NCBI GenBank assembly: GCA_020348445.1
Contig: CP070751.1
Location: 4,288,527-4,319,753, forward strand
DNA length: 31,227 bases
DNA from: Thermoplasmata archaeon
GTDB taxonomy: Archaea; Thermoplasmatota; Thermoplasmata; GCA-020350865
Direction of reading: 5' to 3'
The position numbers and the translations under genes are program-made. This document shows, piece after piece, positions 15,817-25,140 of this stretch; the first letter of the stretch is position 1; every line of letters begins with the position of its first letter. Below the pieces are notes generated by a model. It had not been told where the DNA came from and did not search any database. It worked only from the letters and a program-made list of their open reading frames with translations.

Positions 15817-17145
15817 CTAGCGATTTTTCCATCCTATACCGAAGTAAGTTACACCTTCTTCTATGATCTTTTTAGGATCAAAGGACCGCCTGCCGTCGAT
15901 TATAACGGGATTTCTCATCAATTCCTTGAAATCCTGGGGTTTTAAGCCCTTAAATTCGGACCAGTCACTTTGGATTATGCACATGTCGGCATCCTTTAGG
16001 GCCTCTTTTGCAGAGGAAACGTAGGTTATGGGTTTGTCTGTCAATTTTTTGAAATTCTCCATTGCCTGTGGGTCATAGGCCACAACTTCGGCACCGGATT
16101 CCACAAGTGCATTGGCAATGGGAAGGGCTCTCGTGTACCTCACATCATCTGTGTCAGGCTTGAAGGAGAGTCCTAATAGGGCCACTTTCTTGTTATTCAC
16201 ACCATTTGCCTTTTGTTCTGCAATTTCAATGATCCTAAGTGGCTGTGTCTCGTTTACGGCAAGAACTGCGGTGAGTATCCTGGGTGTGTAGCCATTTTTC
16301 TTGGAAACAGCGGTTATGGCATTGACATCCTTGGGGAAACACGAGCCCCCGTACCCCACACCTGCATTCAGAAAAGCCGGATTTATCCTGAAATCCATAC
16401 CCACACCCTTCATCATCTCGTACACATCCACGCCAAAGAATTCACAGATATTGGCAAACTCGTTTGCGAATGTGATCTTGGTTGCAAGGAGGCAGTTCGC
16501 CCCGTACTTAACCATCTCGGCAGTTCTTAAATCGCATTCGAACTTGGGGCAGTCGAATCCTTCGTAGACCTTCATAACAAAATCTATGCTTTTTTGGTCA
16601 TAGCCCCCCACAACGATCCTATCAGGATGTAAACTATCATGTAAGGCGGCTCCCTCTCTGAGAAATTCGGGATTCATGCACAGGCCAAAATCTTTGCCCA
16701 CTTTCTTCCCAGATTTCTCCTCTAAGATGGGAAGAATCAAGGAGTCTGTTGTGGATGGAGTTATCGTGCTTTTAGCCACCACCACATGGTACTTATCCAT
16801 ATCGGCCAGTGCCGTCCCTATATCCCCAGAAACTTTCTCTACATGACCAAGGTCTATGGAACCATCAGGTAAAGAGGGAGTGCCCACACAAATGAATGTG
16901 ATATCGCTTTTTTTTATGCACTTGATGTTGTCTGTAGATCCGTGAAATAGACCTTTTTCCACAACCTCCGAAACCAGTTCATCCAAACCTGGCTCATAAA
17001 AGGGAGTCAAACCTTTATTTAAATTCTCGGCCTTTTGGGGTGTTGTGGTTGTGCAGGTGGTGTCAAAACCGTGCTTTGCAAAGGCCGCCCCGGTAACGAG
17101 GCCTACATATCCCATTCCTATCATTGTGAGTTTGAAATCTTTCAT
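15817..17145 (-). CDS. UDP-glucose/GDP-mannose dehydrogenase family (AglM-like)
   Basis: GMGYVG Rossmann motif, ICVGTP, KST, NPEFLREG, GYGGSCFPKD catalytic Cys, LSFKPDTDDVR and DGRR. Confidence 0.95.
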   Translation of the reverse strand: MKDFKLTMIGMGYVGLVTGAAFAKHGFDTTCTTTTPQKAENLNKGLTPFYEPGLDELVSEVVEKGLFHGSTDNIKCIKKSDITFICVGTPSLPDGSIDLGHVEKVSGDIGTALADMDKYHVVVAKSTITPSTTDSLILPILEEKSGKKVGKDFGLCMNPEFLREGAALHDSLHPDRIVVGGYDQKSIDFVMKVYEGFDCPKFECDLRTAEMVKYGANCLLATKITFANEFANICEFFGVDVYEMMKGVGMDFRINPAFLNAGVGYGGSCFPKDVNAITAVSKKNGYTPRILTAVLAVNETQPLRIIEIAEQKANGVNNKKVALLGLSFKPDTDDVRYTRALPIANALVESGAEVVAYDPQAMENFKKLTDKPITYVSSAKEALKDADMCIIQSDWSEFKGLKPQDFKELMRNPVIIDGRRSFDPKKIIEEGVTYFGIGWKNR

Positions 17146-17255
17146 GTGAAATCCCCGCATAAACTCGCTTTGATTATTTAATAATTTTCTCGGATTTTGA
17201 GCAAAAATCAGCGCAATATATTTCTATTATCAGTTCCATATTAGCACGATTCGAT

Positions 17256-18545
17256 ATGAAACCAATTGGACTGGAAAACAGGAAAAAATCTATATTAATC
17301 GCATTATTGCTGCTTCTACCCATCATTTTAATCATACTCTGGAATGCCCCCGCTTTATTAAAGGAGGAAGACAAAATCGACCTGAGCCCCCTCGAGGTTG
17401 CTGCTGGAGAATCCACGGTATTTACAGTGAAGACAAGTTCCGGTAATGGAATTGTGCGTCTTCCCAACAATACTATACCTTTGTTCGAAGAGGGTGCAAG
17501 CACCATAAGAAATCTAACGTTTTCTGAAAATGAGTTCGTGTTTGAGATCCTGATTCCCCCGAACGCGGGCATCATCGATATAACAGTCGAGGCCGGAGAC
17601 TCATCTAAAACATTTGCTATTAATGTAATTACAGCAAATGATCCCTTGATTTCTGGAAAGAAGATATACGAGAGGATGGATTATGTAACCACAGAATCGA
17701 ACAGGATATTCCATCGGGTGACAGGGCATCCTCAACTTGGTAACGGGGCACTTTATTTTAGAGATGTTTTTAGGGATTTTGGATTGGAGGCCGAGGTGGT
17801 TGCGTACGAGGTTCCCCTCTCAGGGGACACACTCCGAGATAAGGCAAGAGGAGTATTGGTATGGAATGTGGTGGCCTATCGCTGGGGAAGAAATACCAAG
17901 GAATGGATAGTTCTGGGTGGCCACTACGATATGAGCCCTGCCACCATAGAAGGAGCATATGATAATACGGCAGGTACCAACACGGTGGTGGAAATAGCCC
18001 GGGGTCTCTCTCAGATTAAAACCAATAAGACCATAGTGTTTGGTCTGTGGTCTGGTGAGGAGGAGGGACTGTTGGGGGCACAGGAGTTCGTTGAGTCAAT
18101 ACCAGATGACGTTGAGGTAAAGACCTATCTCAATTTTGATATGGTGGGCATCAACTATCCTGCACCCTACTCACTCAGGGCCATAGTAGGACCTGATGAA
18201 GATCCCGAGGTAATAGAAAATCAACACCTGGTCAACCTAACCAACAGAACAGCACAGGAAATACTTGGATATCCCTATCCAGAAGGTGTAGATGTATATG
18301 AGGAATCCCACAGAGGAAGCGATCATTATCGCTTCGAGCAAATAGGCGTTCCCATTGTATTTTTCTATGGTCAAAGTGCCAATGATTACGATGCCTACCA
18401 TACACGAGACGATACACTACAGGAGATGGAATCTGTGGCTGGGGGAAAAGAGAATCTCGAAGCGGGTTTCGATACTGTTGCTTGGATGGGTTTTTATTTA
18501 ACTTTATTACTGGATGATGATAATATCGTACATCAACAGATCTGA
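17256..18545 (+). CDS. Membrane-anchored M28-family metallopeptidase
   Basis: N-terminal signal anchor; GGHYD, GAYDNTAG, GEEEGLLG, LNFDMVG, SDHY and YHT motifs. Confidence 0.9.
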   Translation: MKPIGLENRKKSILIALLLLLPIILIILWNAPALLKEEDKIDLSPLEVAAGESTVFTVKTSSGNGIVRLPNNTIPLFEEGASTIRNLTFSENEFVFEILIPPNAGIIDITVEAGDSSKTFAINVITANDPLISGKKIYERMDYVTTESNRIFHRVTGHPQLGNGALYFRDVFRDFGLEAEVVAYEVPLSGDTLRDKARGVLVWNVVAYRWGRNTKEWIVLGGHYDMSPATIEGAYDNTAGTNTVVEIARGLSQIKTNKTIVFGLWSGEEEGLLGAQEFVESIPDDVEVKTYLNFDMVGINYPAPYSLRAIVGPDEDPEVIENQHLVNLTNRTAQEILGYPYPEGVDVYEESHRGSDHYRFEQIGVPIVFFYGQSANDYDAYHTRDDTLQEMESVAGGKENLEAGFDTVAWMGFYLTLLLDDDNIVHQQI

Positions 18546-18589
18546 TTTTAATATAATTTTAATACCTTTTTGGCGGGCTCCTTTACATT

Positions 18590-21500
18590 TCACAGTCGAA
18601 TATACGGGGAACGCCTTCTCCTACCTAAAAGCAGTAAATAAAGTATTATTGCCGCAACGATTAGGATAATTATCACTATAAGAGAAATAAAGAACACATT
18701 ATCCCCGGCAAAATAAGTCTCCTCTTCTTCCTTTAGATCCACCCGAATAATTACGAATTCCTCCTTCGAATATTCCTCTCCATCAAATGCCCTGGTATAG
18801 ATCACGTGCTCGCCATCAGATAGCTCAGTGATTTCTATTGTATAGGTTCCAGATGCTGAGTCCGAAATTTTGATCCATTCGTTGTCGTCCACCCTTATCT
18901 CGATTGCCATCACAATGCCATCCTCGTCAAATGCCTCCACTTCTATTTGTATCTCATCGGTAAAAACCTCGTAATTGGAAGGGGAGTTTAAAATAACTGT
19001 TGGAACCAAATTCGTTCTCTCCGAAATTACCAGTGAAGAGATGGATTCCTGGGACCAAACACCGTCATTGTCTCTGACCTTGAAGGAGATATCATGGTTT
19101 CCTGCAGAGAGTTCTGTTAGGCCAATGGAACTCTCTGTCCCTATTACACCGTTTATACTTGAGGTCCACTGATAGGCGGCTATTGTCCCGTCATCATCTC
19201 CGTGCCCTGAGAGAATTACCATTTCCTCCTCCACGGCCGGGTTTGGTGATATGGAATCGATTACAGCCACTGGGATTGCATTCACTTGCATGGTTATTGC
19301 GGTCTCCCTTGACCATACTCCCCAGTTGTCCTTTACAGAAAGAGTTATTATGTGAGTTCCTGGGGAAAGGTAGGTCGTGAATTCATCCTTGATATCCAGA
19401 AGGTTATCGATATTTGAGGTCCAATTGTATTCCACTATGATGCCATCATCGACGCCCTCTCCAACAAACGAGACTGGATCACCCTCGTTGGGCGACTCCG
19501 GTGTGAATGCGATTATCCTAGCTATTGGTCTTATATGAACAACAAGCCCGTAATAGTAGATTTCTTGGGACCAGACGTCGTCATCGTCTCTGACCTTGAA
19601 TGTGATGTCGTGATAGCCTTGCGACAGCCCCATCCAATCAAATGAATCTGATCCGCTAATAAAGCCGTCCCTACTGGAGCTCCAATAGTAATCTGTTATA
19701 TCCCCGTCATCTACACCATGCCCTTCAAAATGGATACGTAAATCTGTCAATGCCGGATTAGGTGAGATGTTATCGATTATTGCCAGGGGAATACCATTAA
19801 TACTCACAGTCCTTTTGATCTCGTTTGACCAAACGTTGTCATCGTCCATCACTGAAAACGTGATGATGTGGTCTCCAACAGAAAGGCCTTGTGAAGAGAA
19901 ATCATTCTGGTTGCTAAGCAGGCCGTCTATCGAGGAAACCCATCTATATGCCACTATATTCCCATCATCGCTTCCTCGGCCCTCAAATGTTATAATTTCC
20001 CCTTCATTTGAACGACTTGGAGATATGGAATCGATGTACGCGGATGGGATTTGATTGATTCTGAGGTTGATTGTCAATTCCTCTGACCACATATCATCAT
20101 CGTCTTTTACCTTGAATGTGATGACATGTTGTCCAGTTGAAAGCTGGTACGTGCTGAACATTGATTGCAAGCTCAGAAAACCGTCAATTGATGAGTGCCA
20201 ACTGAAGCCTGTAATCTCCCTGTCATCGGTTCCGCTTCCTGAAAACGTAACAGTCTCTAGTTGGTTCGCAGGATTGGGTGATACGAATTCTATAATGCCC
20301 ACTGGGATTTGATTGATGCGTAAAGAGTAAGTTGTGAAATCTGACCAAACACCATCATTATCCATCACCCGAAATGATATCTCGTGTTCACCAACCACAA
20401 GCGCCGTGGACCAAAATGAAGGTGTATCGCCAAGGGTGCCGTTGATGCTCGAAATCCATTCATAGGCCACGATCGTACCATCATCACTGCCGTGCCCAAT
20501 AAATGTTACTTCTTCCCCTTCATTGGCAGGATTCGGAGAGATGCTATCAATATGCGCAACGGGCATTCTGTGAACCCTCAGATAGAATGCAACCTCGGTA
20601 GACCAGAGGAAATCGCTGTCCTGAACCGAGAACAAAATGGTATGGTCACCAGAGGATAATTGACTATAGTAAAACTGTGGTGAGCTGCTCAGAAAGCCAT
20701 CAATTGATGAATACCAGTTGTAGTCGATAATCTCGTTGTCATCGGTACCGTGGCCCTCGAAAACCACTTCTTCGCCTGAAAGTGCCGGATTTGGGGAAAT
20801 GGAGTCAATGAAGGCAGCAGGTGCCCCGTTTATCCTCAACTGTCTGGTTACCTCCTCAGACCAGGTGTGATTATCGTTTTCAACTGAAAAGTAAATATTG
20901 TGAATACCCGTGACAAGGCTTGATGTGGTGAATGAAGCTTCGCTTGAGAGAAATCCGTGGATATCGGAATGCCAGCTGTAATTGATAATCTCCCCAACAT
21001 CGGTTCCATGCCCTGTGAAAGTAATGCTCTCGCTTTCATTTGCAGGATTCGGAGAGATAGAGTCAATAAAAGCTGTGGGTACAGGTACAATTTTAAGGTC
21101 GTGTGAGGCGTAATCTGACCACACTCCGTAATCGTCCATTACCCTAAAGGATATGATATGATCTCCAAGAGACAGATTAATTAAGCTGAAGGACGGGATT
21201 TCAGAAATAGTACCGTTTAGGCTCGAGGTCCATTGGTACGCTACAATCATGCCGTCGTCGCTTCCATGCCCTTCGAAGCTCACGGACTCTCCTTCCTCTG
21301 CTGGATTTGGAGAGATGCTGTCTATGTAGGCCTCGGGAATGCGGTTGACAAAGATGGACTGCGCAACCTCCGGGGACCATTCACCGTCATCGTCCTGAAC
21401 TCGAAAGTATATATCGTGTGCTCCAGGAGTGAGTATTTTGGTAAACGACGATAGGCCCGATAAGAATCCATCCAAACTGGATCGCCAGTTGTAGGCCATA

Positions 21501-23986
21501 ATAGCCCGATCATCGGTTCCGTGCCCAATGAATGTAACGGTATCGCCTTCAGTTGCGGGATTGGGAGATATGAAGTCAATGTGGGCTATAGGTATCTGGT
21601 TGATCCGCAGATTCAGTTTTGCCATTTGGGACCAGACCCCGTCGTTGTCCTTTACCCGAAACGAAATCTCGTGGGTTCCAACTGCCAATGCCGATGAAGA
21701 AAAAGTTTGTGTGTCGCTTAGAACGCCCTGGATATTTGATTTCCATTCATATTCGGTAATGTATCCATCATCATCAGATCCGTGCCCGGTGAAGGACACC
21801 TCCACCTGCTCGTTTGCAGGATTTGGTGAAATTGAGTCGATATATGCTTGGGGTTGAATGTTAAAGTTATCCAGTTCAACAGAAATAGTGATTATAGAGG
21901 AGTTATCCTCCCCGTCAAAGGCCATGGCATATATGGAGTACCAGCCATTGTTAAAATCAGTGGTGTTCCATTCGTATTCCCAGTTCGTGGTGCCCACTGC
22001 CGTATCCCAGTCATCGTCGTTGATTTTGATATCGACCCTCTCAACATCATCGAAAACATCTGGATCCAATGCTGTGCCAGCTATGGGGACTATCCCAGAG
22101 ACCTTATCGCCGTGAATCGGCGTTTCGATCCATATAAGGGGTGGATCCTGGTTATCAACTGTGATGTTTCTTGCAAACTTGGAGTTGTTGATCTGATTTA
22201 AGGTATAATTAAAAAACATACTATACGTCGTGTCAAATTCCACATCTGGTGTAAAACATTGGAAGAGCAATTTGGGTGTCGCCTCTGTTGGTATAACCAC
22301 GTCCTCTTCGTAATGGAACTCCGCCTCGATTATCCACATGCCACTTTCGAATCTGGGCATGGAAAAGTACGCGTCGTACTGCATCAAACCGTCGGAAGTC
22401 ACTGAGATATTAAATGGAAATCCCCAAGTTGCAGGAATCGCAACCACGAACAGAAGCTCGTCATCGCCCCTCAGTCTGATACCGTCCTGGCCCTTATTTG
22501 TATAAAATGTGCGGGTGTAAGTCGTGTTGACGATGAAGCTTATCAGATCGCCTTCATGTACCTTGGGCGGAGCTTGGATAGAGTTCATTGCCAAATCCCT
22601 TGCCCTCTTCACGGCCCCGTACGCCTCCACAACACCCCATCCATATCCATTGTTGGGGGAGACAGGGAATCTTGCGTCCGTGTTGTGCTCTGATGTTTCA
22701 TGCATAATCTGTTTCACAAAATCAGGTTCAAGAGAGGGATTGGCATCGAGCATTAATCCCGCAAGACCTGCGGCCATTGGACAGGCCATACTCGTTCCGC
22801 TCATGCTCACATAACCATTCCCCGTATTCCTGTTTGGAGCCCTGACATCCTCGCCCACTGCACACACATCTGGCTTTATCCTGCCGTCTGCTGTTGGACC
22901 TTGGCTTGAGAAAAGGGAAAGTACATGCTCATCGTTTACACTGCCCACTGTAATGGCCTTCTCGGAGTCTGCAGGGGAGTAAACAGTGAGTGAAATTGCG
23001 GTGTTGCCTGCAGCGCAGAACACGGCCAGCCCGGCATTCACGGCCTCGTCCATGAGCCTTGAAAGCTGGCTGTTTCCGTTCTGATTTGCGGGTCCTCCAA
23101 TGTACAGGCCCCAGCTGTTGCTTAGAATGTCGATACCGAACTTGTCCTTGTTCGCGATTGCCCATTCAACGCCCCTAACGGCAGCATCGTAAGGGATGCT
23201 ACCGCCGCCGATCTTAATCCCCACGAGATTGGCCTTTGGCGAAACACCTATGTGAGTGTACTGGGGGGCCCCTGTTCCAGCTGCAATACCTGCGCAGTGG
23301 GTACCATGGCCGTGGTTGTCGTAAGGTTCGTAGGTTCCGTCATCCTGGTTTGGATGGCTTTGCGCATCGTAGAATGCAATCACCTTGGGATCGTCGGTTT
23401 CAGGATCGTCGTCCAGGTCGTCCAGACCCTGATGCTCATCATCTATTCCAGTGTCTATTATCGCGATAGTCACATCCTCACCGTCGTAACCCAGTTTTTG
23501 CCAAACATCGGGCACGCCAATTGAGGGCAGTGCCGAGCTTAGGGCCAAATGGCCGTCGGGTGCGAATTCAATCATTACGACCTCTTTCCAGGATGCAATA
23601 TGTACGATTTCCCCCACTGTCACGTTCACTATGATGGAGTTCGTGTATTTTGAGACGTATTTAATCTCCCATCCAAATGAGGCGAGCTTCTGCTCATCGG
23701 CATATGCAGGTTTGTGGTCATAGTCAACAACGACGCGAACCAGATCTTGTTCCTCGAGATTTTCCTCCCTTATGAACCATTCCAGATTGTCGTCTATCCT
23801 GTTTTTATTTGTATCTGCCGACCAATCCTCCCACCAGGATTTTTCCTCGGGCTCGGATTTACCAAGGTTGTTCGACGCCGGGTGGGCCATCACCTGACCA
23901 AATGGGAGTGCAACCAAACAAAGAATCGTAGTAAATAATACCATATATTTGATATTAAAGAAGCTGTTTTCCGTTATTATCACCAT
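18590..23986 (-). CDS. Secreted S8 (subtilisin-like) protease with 11 PKD-like repeats, two flanking Ig-like domains and C-terminal TM anchor
   Basis: Catalytic triad IIDTG / HGTHCAG / GTSMACP; propeptide region; C-terminal hydrophobic helix followed by RRRR. Confidence 0.95.
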   Translation of the reverse strand: MVIITENSFFNIKYMVLFTTILCLVALPFGQVMAHPASNNLGKSEPEEKSWWEDWSADTNKNRIDDNLEWFIREENLEEQDLVRVVVDYDHKPAYADEQKLASFGWEIKYVSKYTNSIIVNVTVGEIVHIASWKEVVMIEFAPDGHLALSSALPSIGVPDVWQKLGYDGEDVTIAIIDTGIDDEHQGLDDLDDDPETDDPKVIAFYDAQSHPNQDDGTYEPYDNHGHGTHCAGIAAGTGAPQYTHIGVSPKANLVGIKIGGGSIPYDAAVRGVEWAIANKDKFGIDILSNSWGLYIGGPANQNGNSQLSRLMDEAVNAGLAVFCAAGNTAISLTVYSPADSEKAITVGSVNDEHVLSLFSSQGPTADGRIKPDVCAVGEDVRAPNRNTGNGYVSMSGTSMACPMAAGLAGLMLDANPSLEPDFVKQIMHETSEHNTDARFPVSPNNGYGWGVVEAYGAVKRARDLAMNSIQAPPKVHEGDLISFIVNTTYTRTFYTNKGQDGIRLRGDDELLFVVAIPATWGFPFNISVTSDGLMQYDAYFSMPRFESGMWIIEAEFHYEEDVVIPTEATPKLLFQCFTPDVEFDTTYSMFFNYTLNQINNSKFARNITVDNQDPPLIWIETPIHGDKVSGIVPIAGTALDPDVFDDVERVDIKINDDDWDTAVGTTNWEYEWNTTDFNNGWYSIYAMAFDGEDNSSIITISVELDNFNIQPQAYIDSISPNPANEQVEVSFTGHGSDDDGYITEYEWKSNIQGVLSDTQTFSSSALAVGTHEISFRVKDNDGVWSQMAKLNLRINQIPIAHIDFISPNPATEGDTVTFIGHGTDDRAIMAYNWRSSLDGFLSGLSSFTKILTPGAHDIYFRVQDDDGEWSPEVAQSIFVNRIPEAYIDSISPNPAEEGESVSFEGHGSDDGMIVAYQWTSSLNGTISEIPSFSLINLSLGDHIISFRVMDDYGVWSDYASHDLKIVPVPTAFIDSISPNPANESESITFTGHGTDVGEIINYSWHSDIHGFLSSEASFTTSSLVTGIHNIYFSVENDNHTWSEEVTRQLRINGAPAAFIDSISPNPALSGEEVVFEGHGTDDNEIIDYNWYSSIDGFLSSSPQFYYSQLSSGDHTILFSVQDSDFLWSTEVAFYLRVHRMPVAHIDSISPNPANEGEEVTFIGHGSDDGTIVAYEWISSINGTLGDTPSFWSTALVVGEHEISFRVMDNDGVWSDFTTYSLRINQIPVGIIEFVSPNPANQLETVTFSGSGTDDREITGFSWHSSIDGFLSLQSMFSTYQLSTGQHVITFKVKDDDDMWSEELTINLRINQIPSAYIDSISPSRSNEGEIITFEGRGSDDGNIVAYRWVSSIDGLLSNQNDFSSQGLSVGDHIITFSVMDDDNVWSNEIKRTVSINGIPLAIIDNISPNPALTDLRIHFEGHGVDDGDITDYYWSSSRDGFISGSDSFDWMGLSQGYHDITFKVRDDDDVWSQEIYYYGLVVHIRPIARIIAFTPESPNEGDPVSFVGEGVDDGIIVEYNWTSNIDNLLDIKDEFTTYLSPGTHIITLSVKDNWGVWSRETAITMQVNAIPVAVIDSISPNPAVEEEMVILSGHGDDDGTIAAYQWTSSINGVIGTESSIGLTELSAGNHDISFKVRDNDGVWSQESISSLVISERTNLVPTVILNSPSNYEVFTDEIQIEVEAFDEDGIVMAIEIRVDDNEWIKISDSASGTYTIEITELSDGEHVIYTRAFDGEEYSKEEFVIIRVDLKEEEETYFAGDNVFFISLIVIIILIVAAIILYLLLLGRRRRSPYIRL
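19025..21858 (-). repeat. Eleven tandem ~86-aa PKD-like coding repeats
   Basis: Unit PxAxIDSISPNPAxEGExVxFxGHGxDDGxIxxYxWxSSIDG...GxHxIxFxVxDxDGVWS counted 11 times in the translation. Confidence 0.9.
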
Positions 23987-24096
23987 TTAAATTTCTAATT
24001 CTGCTCTATCCCCTTATGTATGTTGTAATATTAGTGAGGGTATATAAAATCTACTAGGTACATACCATCCAAACACCATAAATCGGGATTTAATCC

Positions 24097-24858
24097 TCAA
24101 ATACCTTTAAGCACCCCCTCCAAAATCGCCTTGCTTCTGATTCCCTCCTCTAAATTTGTAGATTCGATGACATAAAGGCCCGAATATCCTGATAACTCCT
24201 TTAGAATATCGGGATAACCGATGTTCCCCTGGCCCAGGACCAGGTGCCAGTCCTTTTCACCGTCGTTGTCGTGAAGGTGGAGGTTTACGAAGTCTTTTTT
24301 CAGTTCTAAAATGTCATCTATGGTGTTGGATATATTGGCATGACCAACATCAAAACATATCTTGATTTCCGTTCCTTCAATGGATTCTTTTATCTGCTCT
24401 GCATCGTGGCATAACGAAATCCACATCCTGGGCATGTTCTCCAGGGCCAGTGTGATGCCGTATTCCCCTCTTGCCCTGTCCAATTCCTTCATGCTATTTT
24501 TATTGGTAGCAATGAACTTATCCATAAAATAGGCACCCAGTGGGGATTTATGCCCTGGATGGATGGTGACCATTTCGATTTCTAATTCTGAAGAGATCCT
24601 AATGGCCTCCATGACCTGTTCTAATGAGCTTTTTCTGATTTTGGGATTCAAGCTGGCCAAGTTCAGGTCTGAAAATGGTGCATGCACAGAAAATTGGATG
24701 TCGTAAGAATCCTGCGCCCTTTTAATATCATCCTTTATATTTGCCATGGTATGCTGCCCCTCTGCTATGATCTCCCATGCGCGAAAATGGGGAATGATAT
24801 TCTTTAGCATCTCCCAAAAGGGTGTCATGCAGAATCCAGGGCAGGAGAGGGAAATCAT
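24097..24858 (-). CDS. Sugar phosphate isomerase/epimerase or AP-endonuclease-2-like TIM-barrel protein
   Basis: SVHAPFSDLNLAS, TIHPG, LALENMP, CFDVGHA, LHLHDNDG...HLVLGQG and VIE metal-binding motifs; GAGGT RBS. Confidence 0.88.
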   Translation of the reverse strand: MISLSCPGFCMTPFWEMLKNIIPHFRAWEIIAEGQHTMANIKDDIKRAQDSYDIQFSVHAPFSDLNLASLNPKIRKSSLEQVMEAIRISSELEIEMVTIHPGHKSPLGAYFMDKFIATNKNSMKELDRARGEYGITLALENMPRMWISLCHDAEQIKESIEGTEIKICFDVGHANISNTIDDILELKKDFVNLHLHDNDGEKDWHLVLGQGNIGYPDILKELSGYSGLYVIESTNLEEGIRSKAILEGVLKGI

Positions 24859-25092
24859 ACAGCTTACCTCAGGTGAATTACTTTAATTGTTGGGGTGAAT
24901 TGTGACAGGCCCTATAATATGGTTCCCCAGTTTTTGCTTCCTTTGCTGCCAGCGGTCTTTTGGCATTTAATGCGGTCTTCAGCCCAACGTTTGTGACACA
25001 CCTTATCACATAATCTTTTTACCCTCCCACACCTATTAAGGTTAGCTTTTATTGTGCCTCAAATCCTGGGGTCCATTTGAGGACAAGAACGA

Positions 25093-25100
25093 TTATTTAA
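25093..25100 (+). promoter_or_regulatory. Putative TATA box of polC
   Basis: TTATTTAA about 40 nt upstream of the GTG at 25141, preceded by a purine-rich BRE-like stretch. Confidence 0.45.
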
Positions 25101-25140
25101 GAGGAGTTTTCATCATCTGCCAGTCACCCCTTTATTTCCT

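Noticed and set aside
24860-25050. Short Cys-containing minus-strand reading frames, and a possible replication origin beside polC
   Set aside because: The frames are under 50 codons with no recognisable family or convincing start; no ORB consensus (TCCAGxGGAAA..GGGG) or cdc6 gene is visible.
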